A stretch of DNA of 64,000 bases, taken from positions 1,121,184-1,185,183 of the forward strand of contig NW_005201392.1 of the NCBI RefSeq assembly GCF_000372725.1, written 5' to 3'. Both the position numbers and the translations under genes were made by a program. Each line of letters opens with the position of its first letter. Position 1 is the stretch's first letter. This DNA comes from Emiliania huxleyi CCMP1516 (taxonomy: Eukaryota). The notes beneath the pieces are model-generated. The model was not told the DNA's origin. It worked only from the letters and a program-made list of their open reading frames with translations, and searched no databases. Positions 23,820 to 37,046 of this stretch are shown in pieces.

Positions 23820-24625
23820 ATGAGCGAGACCTATCAGCGTGCGCCGCCGGCTGAGCTTCCCGTGGCGCCGGGCGACCCACGCACGCTCGGATACGGCACC
23901 GACCAAGCGCGCTGGCTCAAGGAAGAGATGAAGCGCAAGGCGCAGAGCGGTGCCGCTGCAAACCCGTTCAGGTGTGTGCATGGCCGCGGCGCAGCCCGAA
24001 AATGCCCCTGATCGCCCACCCGCTCCTTGCGCCGCAGGGCGCACGCGTCCACCGCGCCGCAGCCCACTGCTGCTGCGCCGGCGCCGCAGCCGCGCCTCTC
24101 GTCGGGCCAAGCGCCAGCGCCGCCGCCGCACGAGCAGCTCGGGCAGCTGCAGCTGCAGCCTCGGGCGCCGCAGGCGCAGCAGGCGCACTCTTCGCCGCAC
24201 ATGAACCGGCTCGCCTCTGTGCCGGGCCAACCCACGCTTCGCAAGCCGTCGCCTCAGCCGCAGATGCAGCCGTCGCAGCGGCAGATGCAGCCGTCGCCTC
24301 AGCCGCAGATGCAGCGGCAGGTGCAGCCGCAGATGCAGCCGAGGGCGGGGCAGCCCTTCGCGCCCAGCCCGCATCAGACCGCCTCCTCGCTGGCGCGCTC
24401 GCCGATGCCGCCACAGCCGCAGCGCTCGCCGATGCCGGCGCAGCATGCCGCGCCGCAGCCGCGACCGCAGGTGGAACCCTCCCCCCCCCCCCCCCCGCCC
24501 GCCGGCTCTCGCTTTGGACCGCCTCGCAGCCTACTCTCGCGGGAAGGCGGCGACCCACGCGCGCGCCCTGCATTGCGCTCCCCCCGCCCCCCAAACCACC
24601 ACCACCACCACACGCACGCGCGCAC

Positions 24626-24679
<54 letters not shown>

Positions 24680-24850
24680 ACACACACACACGCCTCATGC
24701 CCGCTCTGGTTGACCCGCAGCTGCGACCCGCCGCCCCCGTCGGCCGGAGCCCGGGAGGGCCGCTAGCCAGCCCGGCTGGCACGGCCGCGCCCGCGACGTG
24801 GGGTCCGCAGCTCGCTGCCGCGCAGCCGGCGCCGCGGCACCCTAGAAGCT
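23820..24850 (+). CDS. Pro/Gln-rich low-complexity protein (5' part; may join the WW exons beyond the gap)
   Basis: MSETYQRAPP...QARWLKEEMKRKAQ exon followed by QPQMQPS repeats, with plausible splice sites. Confidence 0.5.
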
Positions 24851-25901
24851 GAATATCTCCCCATATCTCCCCATATCTCCCCATATCTCGGGCCCTAGAA
24901 GCTGAACACGTGTTCTTGTATTCCGACCAGCGCACGAGAGGAGCCGTGCACGTACTCCACTGTCTTCACCCGCACCCGGCTGTGTCCGCTGCACTCGTAT
25001 CCCCTCGTGTTCCGCGCGCTGCTCCGACTGCCCTGCACGAGACCGTCACCACCGCCCTCACCTCGGCGGTCTGTCCCGGACGCAGGCGCCGCACGCGCCG
25101 CCGCAACGAGCGGCGCCGCCGCAGCTGTCCCCCGCTGCGCGCCCCGCGCCGCCCGCCTTCCAGTACTCCCCCGTGCTGGCCTCGCCGGCCCAGCCAGCGG
25201 CCAGCCAGCCAGCGGCGGGGAGGCCGACACCGTCCGCGGCGGCAGCGGCGCGAGACTCGTACCAGCGGTCTGCGCCGACAGAGGCGTCCGCCCCTCACCC
25301 TCGAGCTGGATGCCGGCCGCCGGTGACAAGCTCGTGCTCAAGCTCTCTCCTCCGCCGACGTCGCTTGCTGACAAGCAGGCTTGTGCTTTCGCGCACGTGA
25401 CAATGCGCTCCCACCTGCAAGATGTATCCTCTGGCCTTCTGGCTGACACAGGCGTCGCTGGCGGGTAACACGACCGTCAACGCTGCCGGAGGCGAGGCCG
25501 CCGGCATCCCGTCCGAGGGCAAGCCCGCTTCGCTCGAGGACGTCATCCCGTCCGAGCAGGGCAAGCCCGCTTCGCTCGAGTACGTCGGCGTCATGTTTGC
25601 GGCGTCGGTAGGCGCATCGTTCNNNNNNNNNNNNNNNNNNNNNNNNNNNNNNNNNNNNNNNNNNNNNNNNNNNNNNNNNNNNNNNNNNNNNNNNNNNNNN
25701 NNNNNNNNNNNNNNNNNNNNNNNNNNNNNNNNNNNNNNNNNNNNNNNNNNNNNNNNNNNNNNNNNNNNNNNNNNNNNNNNNNNNNNNNNNNNNNNNNNNN
25801 NNNNNNNNNNNNNNNNNNNNNNNNNNNNNNNNNNNNNNNNNNNNNNNNNNNNNNNNNNNNNNNNNNNNNNNNNNNNNNNNNNNNNNNNNNNNNNNNNNNN
25901 N

Positions 25902-26474
25902 GGGGGGGGGGGGTTGGCTGCGTCGAACCCGCCCGCCGCCGGTGGGGTGGTGGCTTAGCGCCCCCAGACCTCAGGCGGCCCTCCCTCCCCCGGGGCTCTC
26001 AGGGCGGGCCCCGGCGGGACTCGGGAGTAGCATGGCGAGGAGCCCGGGCTGAGCGCCGCAGCCCCCCCGCATGCGCAGGAGAGCGGCGAGTCGAGCACGA
26101 ACCAGTTCCGCATGTACAAGCCGGCGGCGGCGGCGGCGGCGGCGGCGGTGACTGGGGCGGCGCCGCCGCCGCCGCCGGCGCAAGGACTGCCAGCCGGCTG
26201 GGAGGTGGCCACCATCCTTGATTCGTGACGACCCTACCACACACACACACACCCGCCTGACTCCTTCGCACCTTCCTTCCGCCGCCTCGGCGCACCTCGG
26301 CCGAGCCGCCCGCCCTCCCTCAATCTACAGGGGGTTGCGGAGAGGCCAACATGCACCCCCCCCCCCCCACACCCCCCCTCCTTTCCTCAAACTCGCTCAC
26401 AGGAGATGCAGCACGAAGGCCACGCCTACTTCCTGCACACCTCGTCCGGACACACGCAGTGGGAGAGGCCGTGA
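25902..26474 (+). CDS. 3' exons encoding a C-terminal WW domain
   Basis: GLPAGWE|EMQHEGHAYFLHTSSGHTQWERP* across a GT-AG intron. Confidence 0.75.
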
Positions 26475-27392
26475 GGCGCAGCCAGGGCAGCGGGCGCCGA
26501 CAGGCTCCGAGACGCACGCGCCACACGCGCGAGGAGCCACACAACACAACACCGCCATCCGTGGTGGCCAGTCCGGCTGGTGGCTCAGTGGGCGGCGGCT
26601 CGCGGAGGTGTGATGCTGCAGGGGCGCGCGAGATAGGTAGAGGAGGGCCTCTGTGACCTGAGACGAGCGGTGTACTCACACACACGCCGCCGACGCACGT
26701 GTGTGTGTGTGTGTGAGTGTGTACGTGTGTGCGTGCGTTTTTGAGAGGAGAGTGTGATATGTGTTTCAGTGTTGCATCATGCAACCATGCTTGCAACTTT
26801 TGCATTATTATTATAATTAATGATTGTTTTCGTTTATGAATCCATTATCCCGTGTCGTAAAAACATAAAACAAAAACGAAAATAAGGTTAAATCTTAAAA
26901 AGCCCGCGTACGCGACACACACAAGAGTGTGAAGAGAAAAGGTGCACCGCCACAGTACGCGACGAGAGCGCCGCTCTCAGGCCTCAGGCCTCAGGGCCTC
27001 ACGGTCCACAGTCGTCAGGCATGTCGTCAGGCCATCGCAGCACGGCGCGCGCAGGCACGGGAGCCAGAGGACGCAGCGCGTGCCACTGCCAGCGGCGGCG
27101 CGCAGCCGCCCTGTTGGCAAGCAGCCGCAGGCCAGCTCAAAAAAAAGACAAAAAACGAATACGTGTAACGTGTAATAACGAGACGAATAACGATGATGAT
27201 AACGTGTCCGTACATCGCTCCAGAGAATCGCTCCTAGCATCTGCGTCAGGCGATCTGCGGGAACAGGTCCTGTCTTGTGTACGTATCGTGGCCCCCTCTC
27301 TCGCTACGCCCCGCGGGGAACTATGTCCTGGGTGGGCCGCAAGGTCCGTCGGCCGCCTCTGTTCGCGGCGACGCGCGCTGTCCGCGCGGCGC

Positions 27393-28505
27393 CTAGCCAT
27401 AGACGATCTTGTCGATGAGCGAGTAGAGCAGGACGCCGCCGATGCCGATGGCGCAGCCGAGCAGCTTGATGGGCGCGAGCGACTCGCCGAGCACGAGCGC
27501 GACACCGACGATGACGATGACACGCTTGGCGGTGTTTGCAACCGATTGGGTGACGGCGTTCGTCTTCTTGATGGTGAGGGTTGCGAGCTCGTTGTAGAGG
27601 TAGAAGTAGAGCCCCGAGGTGAAGAGGTTGGTCGAGATGACGCTGTTGGAGCGGAAGAGCGACACAAACTCGGACCACTTGTGCCCCTCGCGCGCGAGAA
27701 GCAGCGGCAGGCCGAAGAGGAAGGAGAGGATGGTTGTGAGGGCGAACTGGTTGCCCACCGACCCGATCCGGTCCTTGAGGCCGGGCGTCTCCATCAGCTT
27801 CTTGTTCTCGTTCGCTTTGAAGGCGGCGAAGAGATTGGCGGTGCACGCGGCGATGAGCGCCGACCACGCAAAGTCAAGCTCCTTGACAGAGGCGAGCACG
27901 ACGCCGCCGATGACGGGGATGAGTGCGAGCCACTTGGCCGTCGAGATGGACTTGCCGTACACGGCCGTCGAGACGACGGCGGCGAAGGCGGGCTCCGCCG
28001 CCTTCACGATCTGCCCGAACGAGACGGCGCCGGCGGAGAGAGCAAAGACGCTGAAGCAGTGGGCGCCCATCGCGCAAAAGCCGACGGGGAGCATCTTGAC
28101 GAGGTCGTCCTTGGTCACTGACGGCACCGACCGCGAGTCCGGCGCGGCCCACATGTACAGCGCGTACAGCACGCCCACGCCGAGCTGCAGCACGCCAATC
28201 GTCATCGGGAAGCCTGCCGCGCCGCCGGCCGCCTTGAGGCACTGCTTGTTTGCGATGTTGTAGTAGTAGTTGCCGAGGTACCAGAAGGCAAAGTAGCTCA
28301 GCAGCGGGACGTCGACCTTGCTCATCACGCCAGACGGCACACCGCCGCCACGGGTGGAGAGGCAGCGAGACGCAGGCGTGAGCCCAGACTCGGCCACGAC
28401 GGCGGAAGACTTGGTGGTCGTGCCGCCGCGAAGACGCAGCGCCGGCGCGGACGCACCATGCGCAGTCGTGGCGAGGAGGGCGAGGGCGACGAACCGCATA
28501 GACAT
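27393..28505 (-). CDS. TPT: Plastid triose-phosphate/phosphate translocator (single exon, bipartite presequence)
   Basis: YFAFWYLGNYYYNIANK, GAVSFGQIVKAAEPAF, SGLYFYLYNELA, VTQSVANTAKRVIVIV. Signal peptide MSMRFVALALLATTAHG. Confidence 0.95.
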   Translation of the reverse strand: MSMRFVALALLATTAHGASAPALRLRGGTTTKSSAVVAESGLTPASRCLSTRGGGVPSGVMSKVDVPLLSYFAFWYLGNYYYNIANKQCLKAAGGAAGFPMTIGVLQLGVGVLYALYMWAAPDSRSVPSVTKDDLVKMLPVGFCAMGAHCFSVFALSAGAVSFGQIVKAAEPAFAAVVSTAVYGKSISTAKWLALIPVIGGVVLASVKELDFAWSALIAACTANLFAAFKANENKKLMETPGLKDRIGSVGNQFALTTILSFLFGLPLLLAREGHKWSEFVSLFRSNSVISTNLFTSGLYFYLYNELATLTIKKTNAVTQSVANTAKRVIVIVGVALVLGESLAPIKLLGCAIGIGGVLLYSLIDKIVYG

Positions 28506-29093
28506 GCGTGAACTGACCTGCACCTGTGGACGAGCTGTGGCGGTGGCCGGCACGATTGGGCACTCTTCGGCGCGAAGTTCTTTTTTTGAGCTTAGCCTTC
28601 GATGTATGAAAACAACGCAAGGCGGACATGGCATATCGCTCTCGGGCTCACAGACATCCCTCACACCCGCGCACACCCGCCGCCCCCGCGCGCGCCCCAC
28701 CCCGGCCGGGAGAAAGGGGAGTGACAGTTTGGGATTGCAAGCCCGAGTATGTTGAGTCCTGGCTCAACAACAGTTCTTTTTTTACTTTTTTCGTTGCTTC
28801 TAGTTGACCGCCATAAAAACAGTATGGCGGTGGTTGGCGCGAATTTCTTTTCTTACTTTTCGTTATTGCTCCCTTTGTCTGCCATCTGCGGCAGGAGCGT
28901 GGACGCGGCTGAGCACTCGGTGCGAGTGTACCGCCCACGATCAAGGCGCGGCACTGAAAGAGCCCGCAGAATGCTCGCAGCTGCTCGCCGTCGTCGCACA
29001 ACAGCGAAGTCTCACACAGCCTTCAACCCACAGCAGCTTGCCCGCTGCGCCGCAGCCTCTAACCGCGCGCCCTCTCCCCGCCGCGACGCGCAG

Positions 29094-30345
29094 CTGGTGC
29101 TGGTTGGCGACGGCGGCGTTGGCAAAACCACCTTTGTCAAGCGCCACCAGACCGGCGAGTTTGAGAAGAAGTATGTCGGTGCGCCTCGCCCGCCGCGGGC
29201 CGCTCTCCCCTCTGGCTCTGGCGCCCGCAGAGCAGCAAGGAGGCGTCAGGGGGCGACGCCCTCCGCTCGCCGTGGCGTTGAGAGCTGCCCGCGCCCTCGC
29301 CCCTCGCCCGCGCGTGAACCCGCTCGCCGCCCTCCCTCCCGCAGCGACGCTCGGTGTGGAGGTGCACCCGCTCCGATTCCACACGAACCGCGGCGAGCTG
29401 GTCTTCAACGTGTGGGACACGGCGGGGCAGGAGAAGTTTGGCGGGTTGCGCGACGGGTACTACATCCAGGGCCAGTGCGCCATCATGATGTTTGACGTCA
29501 CCTCGCGCATCACCTACAAGAATGTTCCCAACTGGCACCGGGACCTGGCGAGCTGCCGCCCCACCCAAGGGGAGAGCGGCGGGCGGCGGCGGCGGAGGGA
29601 GCGGAGGGAGGGGCGGCGGGGCGCTCTGCTCTGCACCGCCGGAACGGACGGGGACGCGCGTGCCCTCGGCGTCTCGCCGCGCCACCCCCAGCCCCCGGGA
29701 CGCGATGCGGCGCGACGGCTCTCCGTATTGACGCCGACATGCGTGGCGCCGGTCAGGTGCGCGTGTGCGACAACATTCCGATCGTGCTTGTGGGCAACAA
29801 GGTGGACGTGAAGGAGCGCAAGGTGAAGGCGAAGCAGATCACCTTCCACCGCAAGAAGAACCTGCAGTACTACGACATATCCGCAAAGTCAAACTACAAC
29901 TTCGAGAAGCCCTTCCTCTGGCTTGCGCGGAAGCTCTGCGGTGGGCACCCCTGCCCCCGCCACATCCTTCCCCCCGCCACACCCTCCCCCCGCGCCCCTC
30001 GCCAACCATCACCACCCGCCCGCCATCGCCCCTCGCCATCTCCCGCCATACCCGCCCGCCGCCGCCACCCGCCCGCCGCTGCCGCCGCCGCCTCGCCGCC
30101 CGCCCGCCACCTCCTCCCCCGCAACCTCCCCGCCGCCGCCCCCTCGCGCCCCTCGCCGCCGCCTCCGGAGCGACCCGCCCTGCCCGTGCTACCCGCCCGC
30201 AGGCGACCCGCAGCTCGTCTTTGTCGAGTCGCCAGCGCTCGCGCCGCCGGAGATCCAGATCGACCAGCAGGTCGCGCAGCAGTACCAGCAGGAGCTCGAC
30301 GCCGCCGCCATGGCGCCGCTCCCCGACGAGGACGAGGACTTGTAG
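29094..30345 (+). CDS. RAN: Ran GTPase (multi-exon; first short exon and start codon not resolved)
   Basis: [69 protein letters not shown], acidic PLPDEDEDL tail. Confidence 0.97.
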
Positions 30346-30909
30346 ACGCGCCGCCGCCGCGGCCGCAGCGGCGCTGCGGACCGCACCACTGCACCACTTA
30401 CCTGACGTGCCCGGGCACGACCGTACATGGGGGAGTCGGGGGGGAGGGGGGGGGTCTCTGGGCTCCGCAAAGCGCGCCGAAGCCCACGGAGGGTTGGTCA
30501 AGGTTGGTCGGCACGGGCGAGAGGTATAGTCTCAGGAGGGGTAGAGCGGGGGGCAGTGAGAGCGGGACGTGGTGTCTTTGTGCTGCTCCTCTTTCTTTTT
30601 TTACGTTGAGTTGCTCCGAGCTCCGTCCTCTTTTACTCACACCGCTCACCGGTACGTCCGAGCGCAGCCGGGACAAAACATGACAAAAGCCGTGCCGGGA
30701 CCCCCGCGCACTCCACCGAACGCGCGACGCCGCTGCAGGGGGGCTGAGAAGGGGGGGGGGCGGGTGCGATCACCCCCCATGGGTGCCCTCTTTCTAGTCA
30801 TTCTAGTGAATGAATTGACTCGTCCCAGTGGATGTGTCCGATTTCCGACGTCCCTGTCAAAATGTGCGTGACGTCCGATCCTTTGTAATCGTCTAGAGAC
30901 GCTGGATAC

Positions 30910-31887
30910 ATGAGCACGGAGCCGGCCGCTCCCGGCCCCACGCTGCGCCCACGGCCCGCGCGGCCGGCGCAGCCGCCCGGGAGCTCAGGCGCTACCGCTC
31001 CGCTTGCGCATGGTAGCGGCCTACGGTCCGCATCCTGCCGTCCGGACAACCGAGCCCAACAATCGGCGCCGGACAACCGAGCCCAACACCCTCCGCCCAG
31101 CCCGGCCCAGGGGTCGCCGTCCGAGGCACCAGCCGCGACACCATCCGCCGGTGCCGCCGAGGCCGGTGCACTCAGCCCCAGCGGGCAGGCGCTTGCCGCC
31201 GCAGAGCTGGCGTCGCACCAGAGGCAGTGCGCAAGCGCGCAGCCTTTGCCTTTCGTGCAGGTGCAGAACCCTGGAGTGCAGCCGCAAATGTACCTGCCGC
31301 CCTCGTCTGGCCTCGCCGACCAGTGGGCCTTCTGCGCGTCGATGGCCATGCCTTCGCAAGCCTCCGGTTTCGGCTGGCCTGCCGCGCCTGCTCTCATGGA
31401 CCCCGCTTGGGTGCAGAGCCCGCATGGCTGCTGCGCGCCCGCCTTCCACGGCTGGGGGATGGGGCAGGTGCAGCCCTCTTGCGGCTCCTACCTCCACACT
31501 GGCGCGCAGCAGCTCTACCCCTGCGGCGGCGAAGCGTGGTCGCCCTTTACGCAGCAGCACCAGGTGCAGCAGCAGATGCAGCAGCAGCAGATGCAGCAGC
31601 AGCAGCAGCACGCCGCCTTTCAACCCGGGTTCCCTGCGCCTGGCGCTTCGGCTGCCGCCATTGGCGCTGGCCAGGCCGCCTCCGCCGCCCGAGGGCAAGC
31701 CGGAGTCGGTGAGCGCGACCCTCAGGTCGAGGGCCTCGCCTCTCTCCTCGCCCATAGCCGGCGCGCTCCGCGCGGGTGTCCAGCTAGCGCGCTCCGCGCG
31801 TATGTCCAGCTAGCGCGCTCCGCGCGCACCATAATCTCAGTGCCTATGCTTATAGCCACTAAAAGCTCGTTTCTGCAGCTTGGATAA
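30910..31887 (+). CDS. Pro/Gln/Ala-rich hypothetical protein
   Basis: 325 aa ORF with poly-Q tract and no recognisable domain; 3' end may be spliced. Confidence 0.4.
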   Translation: MSTEPAAPGPTLRPRPARPAQPPGSSGATAPLAHGSGLRSASCRPDNRAQQSAPDNRAQHPPPSPAQGSPSEAPAATPSAGAAEAGALSPSGQALAAAELASHQRQCASAQPLPFVQVQNPGVQPQMYLPPSSGLADQWAFCASMAMPSQASGFGWPAAPALMDPAWVQSPHGCCAPAFHGWGMGQVQPSCGSYLHTGAQQLYPCGGEAWSPFTQQHQVQQQMQQQQMQQQQQHAAFQPGFPAPGASAAAIGAGQAASAARGQAGVGERDPQVEGLASLLAHSRRAPRGCPASALRAYVQLARSARTIISVPMLIATKSSFLQLG

Positions 31888-31953
31888 CAAAAGGGTGTGG
31901 TCCCTTGTCGCAGTCACACACACACACTCACACACATAGCACATAGGTCATAG

Positions 31954-32079
<126 letters not shown>

Positions 32080-32234
32080 CGCACCGCACCGCGTGTCAGG
32101 GCGATTTGTTTTTATTTTGCCGCTGAATTTGAGAGGGACGCGGCCGAAACGACCAAGACGTGTCGTCCCGGGGCCGGCAGTCGATCTGCCTGTGGGTGCG
32201 GGTGGTCAGGGTTGATTTTACAAAGCAATAAGGC

Positions 32235-33881
32235 ATGGAAAACGCGGGCCGCAATGCTCTCCTGGTCGAGATTCGCGCCCACCGAGTGCGCCAACTCCTT
32301 GCGCCCCGACAGCCTCCCGAGGCGGCGCAGCTTCCCTCGAGTCGAGTCGTCGGAGGTTACATCAAGAGCACGTGCTCCGCATGCCTTGTCGCCACGTGCT
32401 GGCGCAAGGCATCGGAGGACGAGCCGCAAACTGTCACGTGTGGCGCCTGTGTGAAGCTCGGCCCGCTGGATATGGAGTGCGGCATCTGTGGCTCTCTGAG
32501 TGCACGCCTCCACGTGCCCGCTTGCCACAACGACTTCTGCATGGGATGCCTCGGCAAGTGGATATGCGTGCAGATCGAAGACGGCATCGCGCACCCGAGC
32601 TGCCCGATGCCCGGCTGCGGCGAAGCGCTTTCGGAGCCCGTCATCAAGCACCTTGGAAAGCGCGGCCTCCTCAGCGACGGGCACCAGAGGCGGCTCCAGG
32701 AGCTCCGCAACGCTGGAAAGCGGGACGTGTTGCGGCACGTGCTCAGCGGGGAGGACCCGGCCCTCACGGAGTGGGCGATGACGTCCACACAGGCGTGCCC
32801 ACACTGCTTCGCGCTCGTGCAAAAGTCGACTGGCTGCAACCACATCACGTGCTCGTGCAAGGGCGGGCGGCTCTTAGAGGGATCTCTCTTGCTCTCTGTA
32901 TGCAAGACACACACGCGCTCTCGTGTTATGGCCCGCCACTGCACCAGGCCTCGCATCGCGAACGTATGTCGCTCGCCACAGCCCCGCGACCCCATTGCCA
33001 GGCGAGTTCTGCTACATCTGCGGCGTCGCGTACCCGCTGCCTCGCGGCCACCCCAACCACGACCGCGCCGAGGGGCCGACCCTCAACCCGCAGGGCGTGC
33101 CGGTACCCGACCGCCTGCTCCTCGGCGAAGGCGGCGCGGAGGCGAGCGCCGTGGGCATCGTGACCTTCTCCACGACCGACCCGCTGCCGCGCACCACAGA
33201 GGAGGCACGCGCACGCCTCTCGGAGCTGCAGACGCTGCGCTGCCCGCGCTGCGACCGCGGTGAGGGTGTAGCAATAATGGCGCAGCATCCATTGTGCGTG
33301 TCCCGTGTCGCCCCTAGCCAGCTAGGGCCTTTGGTGCGTGTTGCCCTAGCTAGCCCCCCTCCGTCTGCCTCACGCTGCAACCCCGCCCCGCTAGGCGTCC
33401 ACATGGAGCGCTCCTTCGACGCGTGCTTCGCTCTGCGCTGCCCCAGCTGCCCGGCAGCGACCATAACGCAGGTGGGTCTCTTGTATCTCTCTCCTCGAAG
33501 CGAAGGTCTCGTCGAGCGTGTAGGCCCACTTTTGCGCGTGGTGCCTCCGCCCTGCGGCGCCAGGCGAGGATCTGCACAGCCACGTCCTCGACTGCACGGA
33601 GGCGCCCCCCGGCATCTCGGCTACATAGCGGCCGACACCTCGGCCAGATCTCGACTCGACTCTGCACACAGGCGCCCGCCGATATGCGCGGCAGCGCTCT
33701 CTACCTGCACGACTCGAACGGCGGCCCGCATGTTCCTCCCCACCCGCACACGAAGTTTATGGCACACTGGCGGAGCGCGAATCGCCGCCGCGCGATGCGT
33801 CTCATCGGGAGCCTGCCGGAGGATGGTTCCATCGACAAGCCGCTGCTGGTGCGCGAGCTGGACTCGCACCTCTGCGACTAG
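32235..33881 (+). CDS. RBR-type (RING/IBR-Rcat) E3 ubiquitin ligase-like protein (multi-exon)
   Basis: CGIC..ACHNDFCMGC..CPMPGC RING; CPHC..VQKSTGCNHITC.C|..FCYIC; a further CPRC..FDACFALRCPSC...FCAWC module. Confidence 0.8.
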
Positions 33882-34223
33882 CACTCTCGGGTGTGCTCCC
33901 TACCTACCTACCTGCCTGGAAACTTGCTTGGCTGGCTCAAGCCAGAGTAATGAAACCCAAGGGGTAGTCTGTCAGTCTGCAGTCAGACACCTTCTCAATG
34001 CGTTAGACCGTACTAGAATATTTGTCAGCGAGGTTGGCGAGCAGAAAGGCTACTTGTGCGCAATGTCCCCTAACCGGCCGACGACGTTCGCAATACACTA
34101 TCCCCCCCGATCGCCCCGATCCAACGACGTCCCGGGGCATTCAGCGTCGGTGTGGGGGCGGCGCCGCGCAGCCCGCAAGAACGCTGCAGCGCAACTTGTC
34201 GCGTCTGTTCGTAGGGCCGCGTC

Positions 34224-34826
34224 ATGATTCAGACCGAGGCCCCGGACGACACTGCCCGCCGCACCGCCATCAAGCCGGTCACGCTGGTCGTCTCGATTAT
34301 CGGCGTGCCGCCGTCCCCAGCCCGGCCGCATGGCCCCGGCCCTGCGGCGTGGCTGTCACGTCCGTACCCTTGAGTGGCACTGCCACCCTCACCGGTTGTC
34401 ATTCACTCCGCTTCCTCTCGCTCGCGCCAGCTCGCCCCATTGCCACTCTCCTCGGACTCGCCTTGCGCATCGTGCCCCAAGCTCAGCAAGCCGTTTGCTG
34501 GCGACCCTGCAGGTGCCCTGGCACTCGTCGGCTCGCTCAGCACGGGCGCTGCCACCCGCGAGGCATCGCTCGATTTGGACTTGGGGGCTGTCGAGAAGGA
34601 ATTGCCATTCACAGAGATGCACAGAATGGTCAAGAATGAATTGGAAGCGACGGAAGCGCTCTACAAAGTTGCGGAGGACAATGACAAAAATGGCCTTGCA
34701 TCCGCTCCCCAAAACTTCACCGAAGAGCAATCTAAGGAGGTGGGCAAAATAGTGAAAGAGGAGGACCGGGAAATCCAGAATATCCAGAATATCCCAGGCG
34801 GAGCCTCCGCCTTAGGGCTGGGATAG
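34224..34826 (+). CDS. Small hypothetical protein
   Basis: Acidic, protein-like 3' exon (DLDLGAVEKELPFTEMHRMVKNELE...GGASALGLG*); 5' structure uncertain. Confidence 0.35.
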
Positions 34827-35241
34827 ATGGGTCTGCTCGAGGAGCAGCTGTGCGAGCAGCATCCAGTCCGTGCGATCTCGTTCTCTGCGTTGTACACATG
34901 ATACGACGATTGCGGCAGGTTCTGGAGCGGTCGAGCTGGAGAGACAGAGAGGGGAGGACGCTGCTAATAGCTACGGCTTTGAACCATAGCAGCTATGTTG
35001 TATGTAGCTGGGCACTTCCGTAACGCGTAACTCGTAGCTGGTGCTGCTACTTTACAGGATGAACGACGATGTTTGTGTTCCCCCCCCCCCGCGGCCCCGC
35101 GCGTACGAGAAGTAGGCGAAATATCAAATAAAAGATACACGCGGACAACGCGCAAAAAGTTTGGACGAGGAGGTGTGGGTTGATACATACACCGCAAGCG
35201 AGCGCAGCCCGCACGGCAACGGGTGCCGAAAGAAACACTGG

Positions 35242-36935
35242 CTACCTCGCCAGCCGCTTCTTTGCATAGTCGTTGACGGAGAAGCCGATCGCCGACTGCA
35301 GCGGCCCCTTGAGCAGCGCGAGCGAGAGGCCCTTGAAGAGCCCGTTCGCGACGCCCTCCGCCGCGTAGATGGAGCGCAGCGCGTGCGCCACGCCGTGGTA
35401 CCCGCCGCCGCCCACCCCGACCTGCATCCGCCGCCGCACCACCGTGAGCGGATAGGTGACGGTCTGGGCGATCGCGCCGGCGGCGCCGCCCGCGAGCAGC
35501 CGCTGCGTCCCCGTCAGCGGCGGCAGTGGGTCGTCTGCAGTGCCGCCTGCGGAGGCGCGCAGTCGGGCACGGGCTTGCAAGCCGGTGTGGGGGAGGGACA
35601 AGGCGTGGGCCTCTGAGGTGTAGTGGGCCGAGGAGGAGGAGGGTACGGCCGAGCCTCGAGGCGCAAAACTCGGCTATCTCTCGGCTGTCTCTCGGCTGTC
35701 TCTCGGCTGTCTCTCGGCCTGCTCTGGTGCGGGAGGAGTCCCTCAGGTGGGCCTTGAGCGTCTCAAAGGCGGAGAAAGAGAGCCCCGAGTACGGCACGAT
35801 CCCGAGGATGGTTGGGCGGAGGCCGGCGTACAGCCCGCGCGGGCCCTCGCTCCTGCGCCACGAGCACACCAGCGTCAGGGCGAGGAGTGCGGCCTCGTGC
35901 CGTGTAGTCGGAGCCTCGCGTGAGTACAAGGGCCACGAAGGCAAGCCGAGTGCAGCCGAGTCCGAGTCCTCGCGAGCGCGTGTGAGTACACGGGTGGGTA
36001 CTAGGGGTGGGCTCCTCCAGAGGTGGCGTACGCCGCTCATGTACCTGGCGGCGGAGTGGGCGGGAGATGGCGGCGGTGAGGCTAGGCGGAGGGCGGTGGT
36101 GAGGGCGAGGGCAGAGGCGAGGGCGAGGTGGAGAGCGGCGGTGACGGCAAGGCAGACGGCGGTGGCGAGGGCGAGGTGGAGGGAGGGCAACGTTGAGGGC
36201 GGTGGTGAGCGCGAGAAGTTGGCGGGCTGGTGTGTGCGGGCGGCGCAGATCTGTGGCGGCGCCGGCGTGAGGCGGCGCTGTCGACCTTCCGCGTATGCGT
36301 CCTTCGACTGTCCGTGTGCGATCTGCGCCCCGGGGTTGCGCTGTTGTGAGGCGGGCGCTGGCGCACCCGTGGTGGTGCGAGCGAGAGTCGGCGGCAAGGC
36401 GGGCGCGCATCACGTCGAGCGGGTAGGTGAGGAAGGTGGCGGTGGCCCCCGCCGCCGAGCCCGCCACCAGCCGCGACCAGACCGACCCTCCGCTCGCGGC
36501 GCCAGACGTGACGCCCGACGCCTTGAGAACGGCGTCCTCGTACATGGCGTACGAAGCAAACACTATGGAGGCGTAGGGCACGTCCCGCGCGACCGCAGCG
36601 GAGTTCCCTCGCCAGAGCGCCAGCACTCCGGACTGGAGCACAATGCTGCTCGCCGTCGAGAAGCCGCGCCGCAGAGTAAAGGCATGGCGCGGGTCCGTGT
36701 TGACTTGGTAGATAATCTTAATGCGGTCGATTGGAGCGGTGAGCAGCTTCGACACGCCGCCAGAGATGGCTCCCGCGGCCAGCAGCGTCGACGTCTTTGA
36801 CGGCCCTTCGTCGGGCATCAGCACTGGACCGTGATGGCTGGCGTCAACCCGGTCAGAGACGCGGTGGATAAGCTTCTCGGTCGAGACGCGTCGCAACTTC
36901 TCGCGTCTCTCCTGCTCCACCATCGCGGGGAGCAT
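35242..36935 (-). CDS. Mitochondrial carrier protein, SLC25A42/CoA-carrier-like (multi-exon)
   Basis: Three carrier repeats: TAPIDRIKIIYQ...ALWRGNSA, TYPLDVMRARLA...GLYAGLRPTILGIVPYSG, TYPLTVVRRRMQ...GLFKGLSL..LKGP. Confidence 0.9.
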
Positions 36936-37046
36936 GGCGTGACCTCCTCGCCGCCAATACACAGCTGCCTAGGCTCTGTGCGATGTGAGCGGTTTCCGAC
37001 GTTGGTAAAAAAGAAAAACGCTTCACCCGCTGTCAGTCAACCCGGG

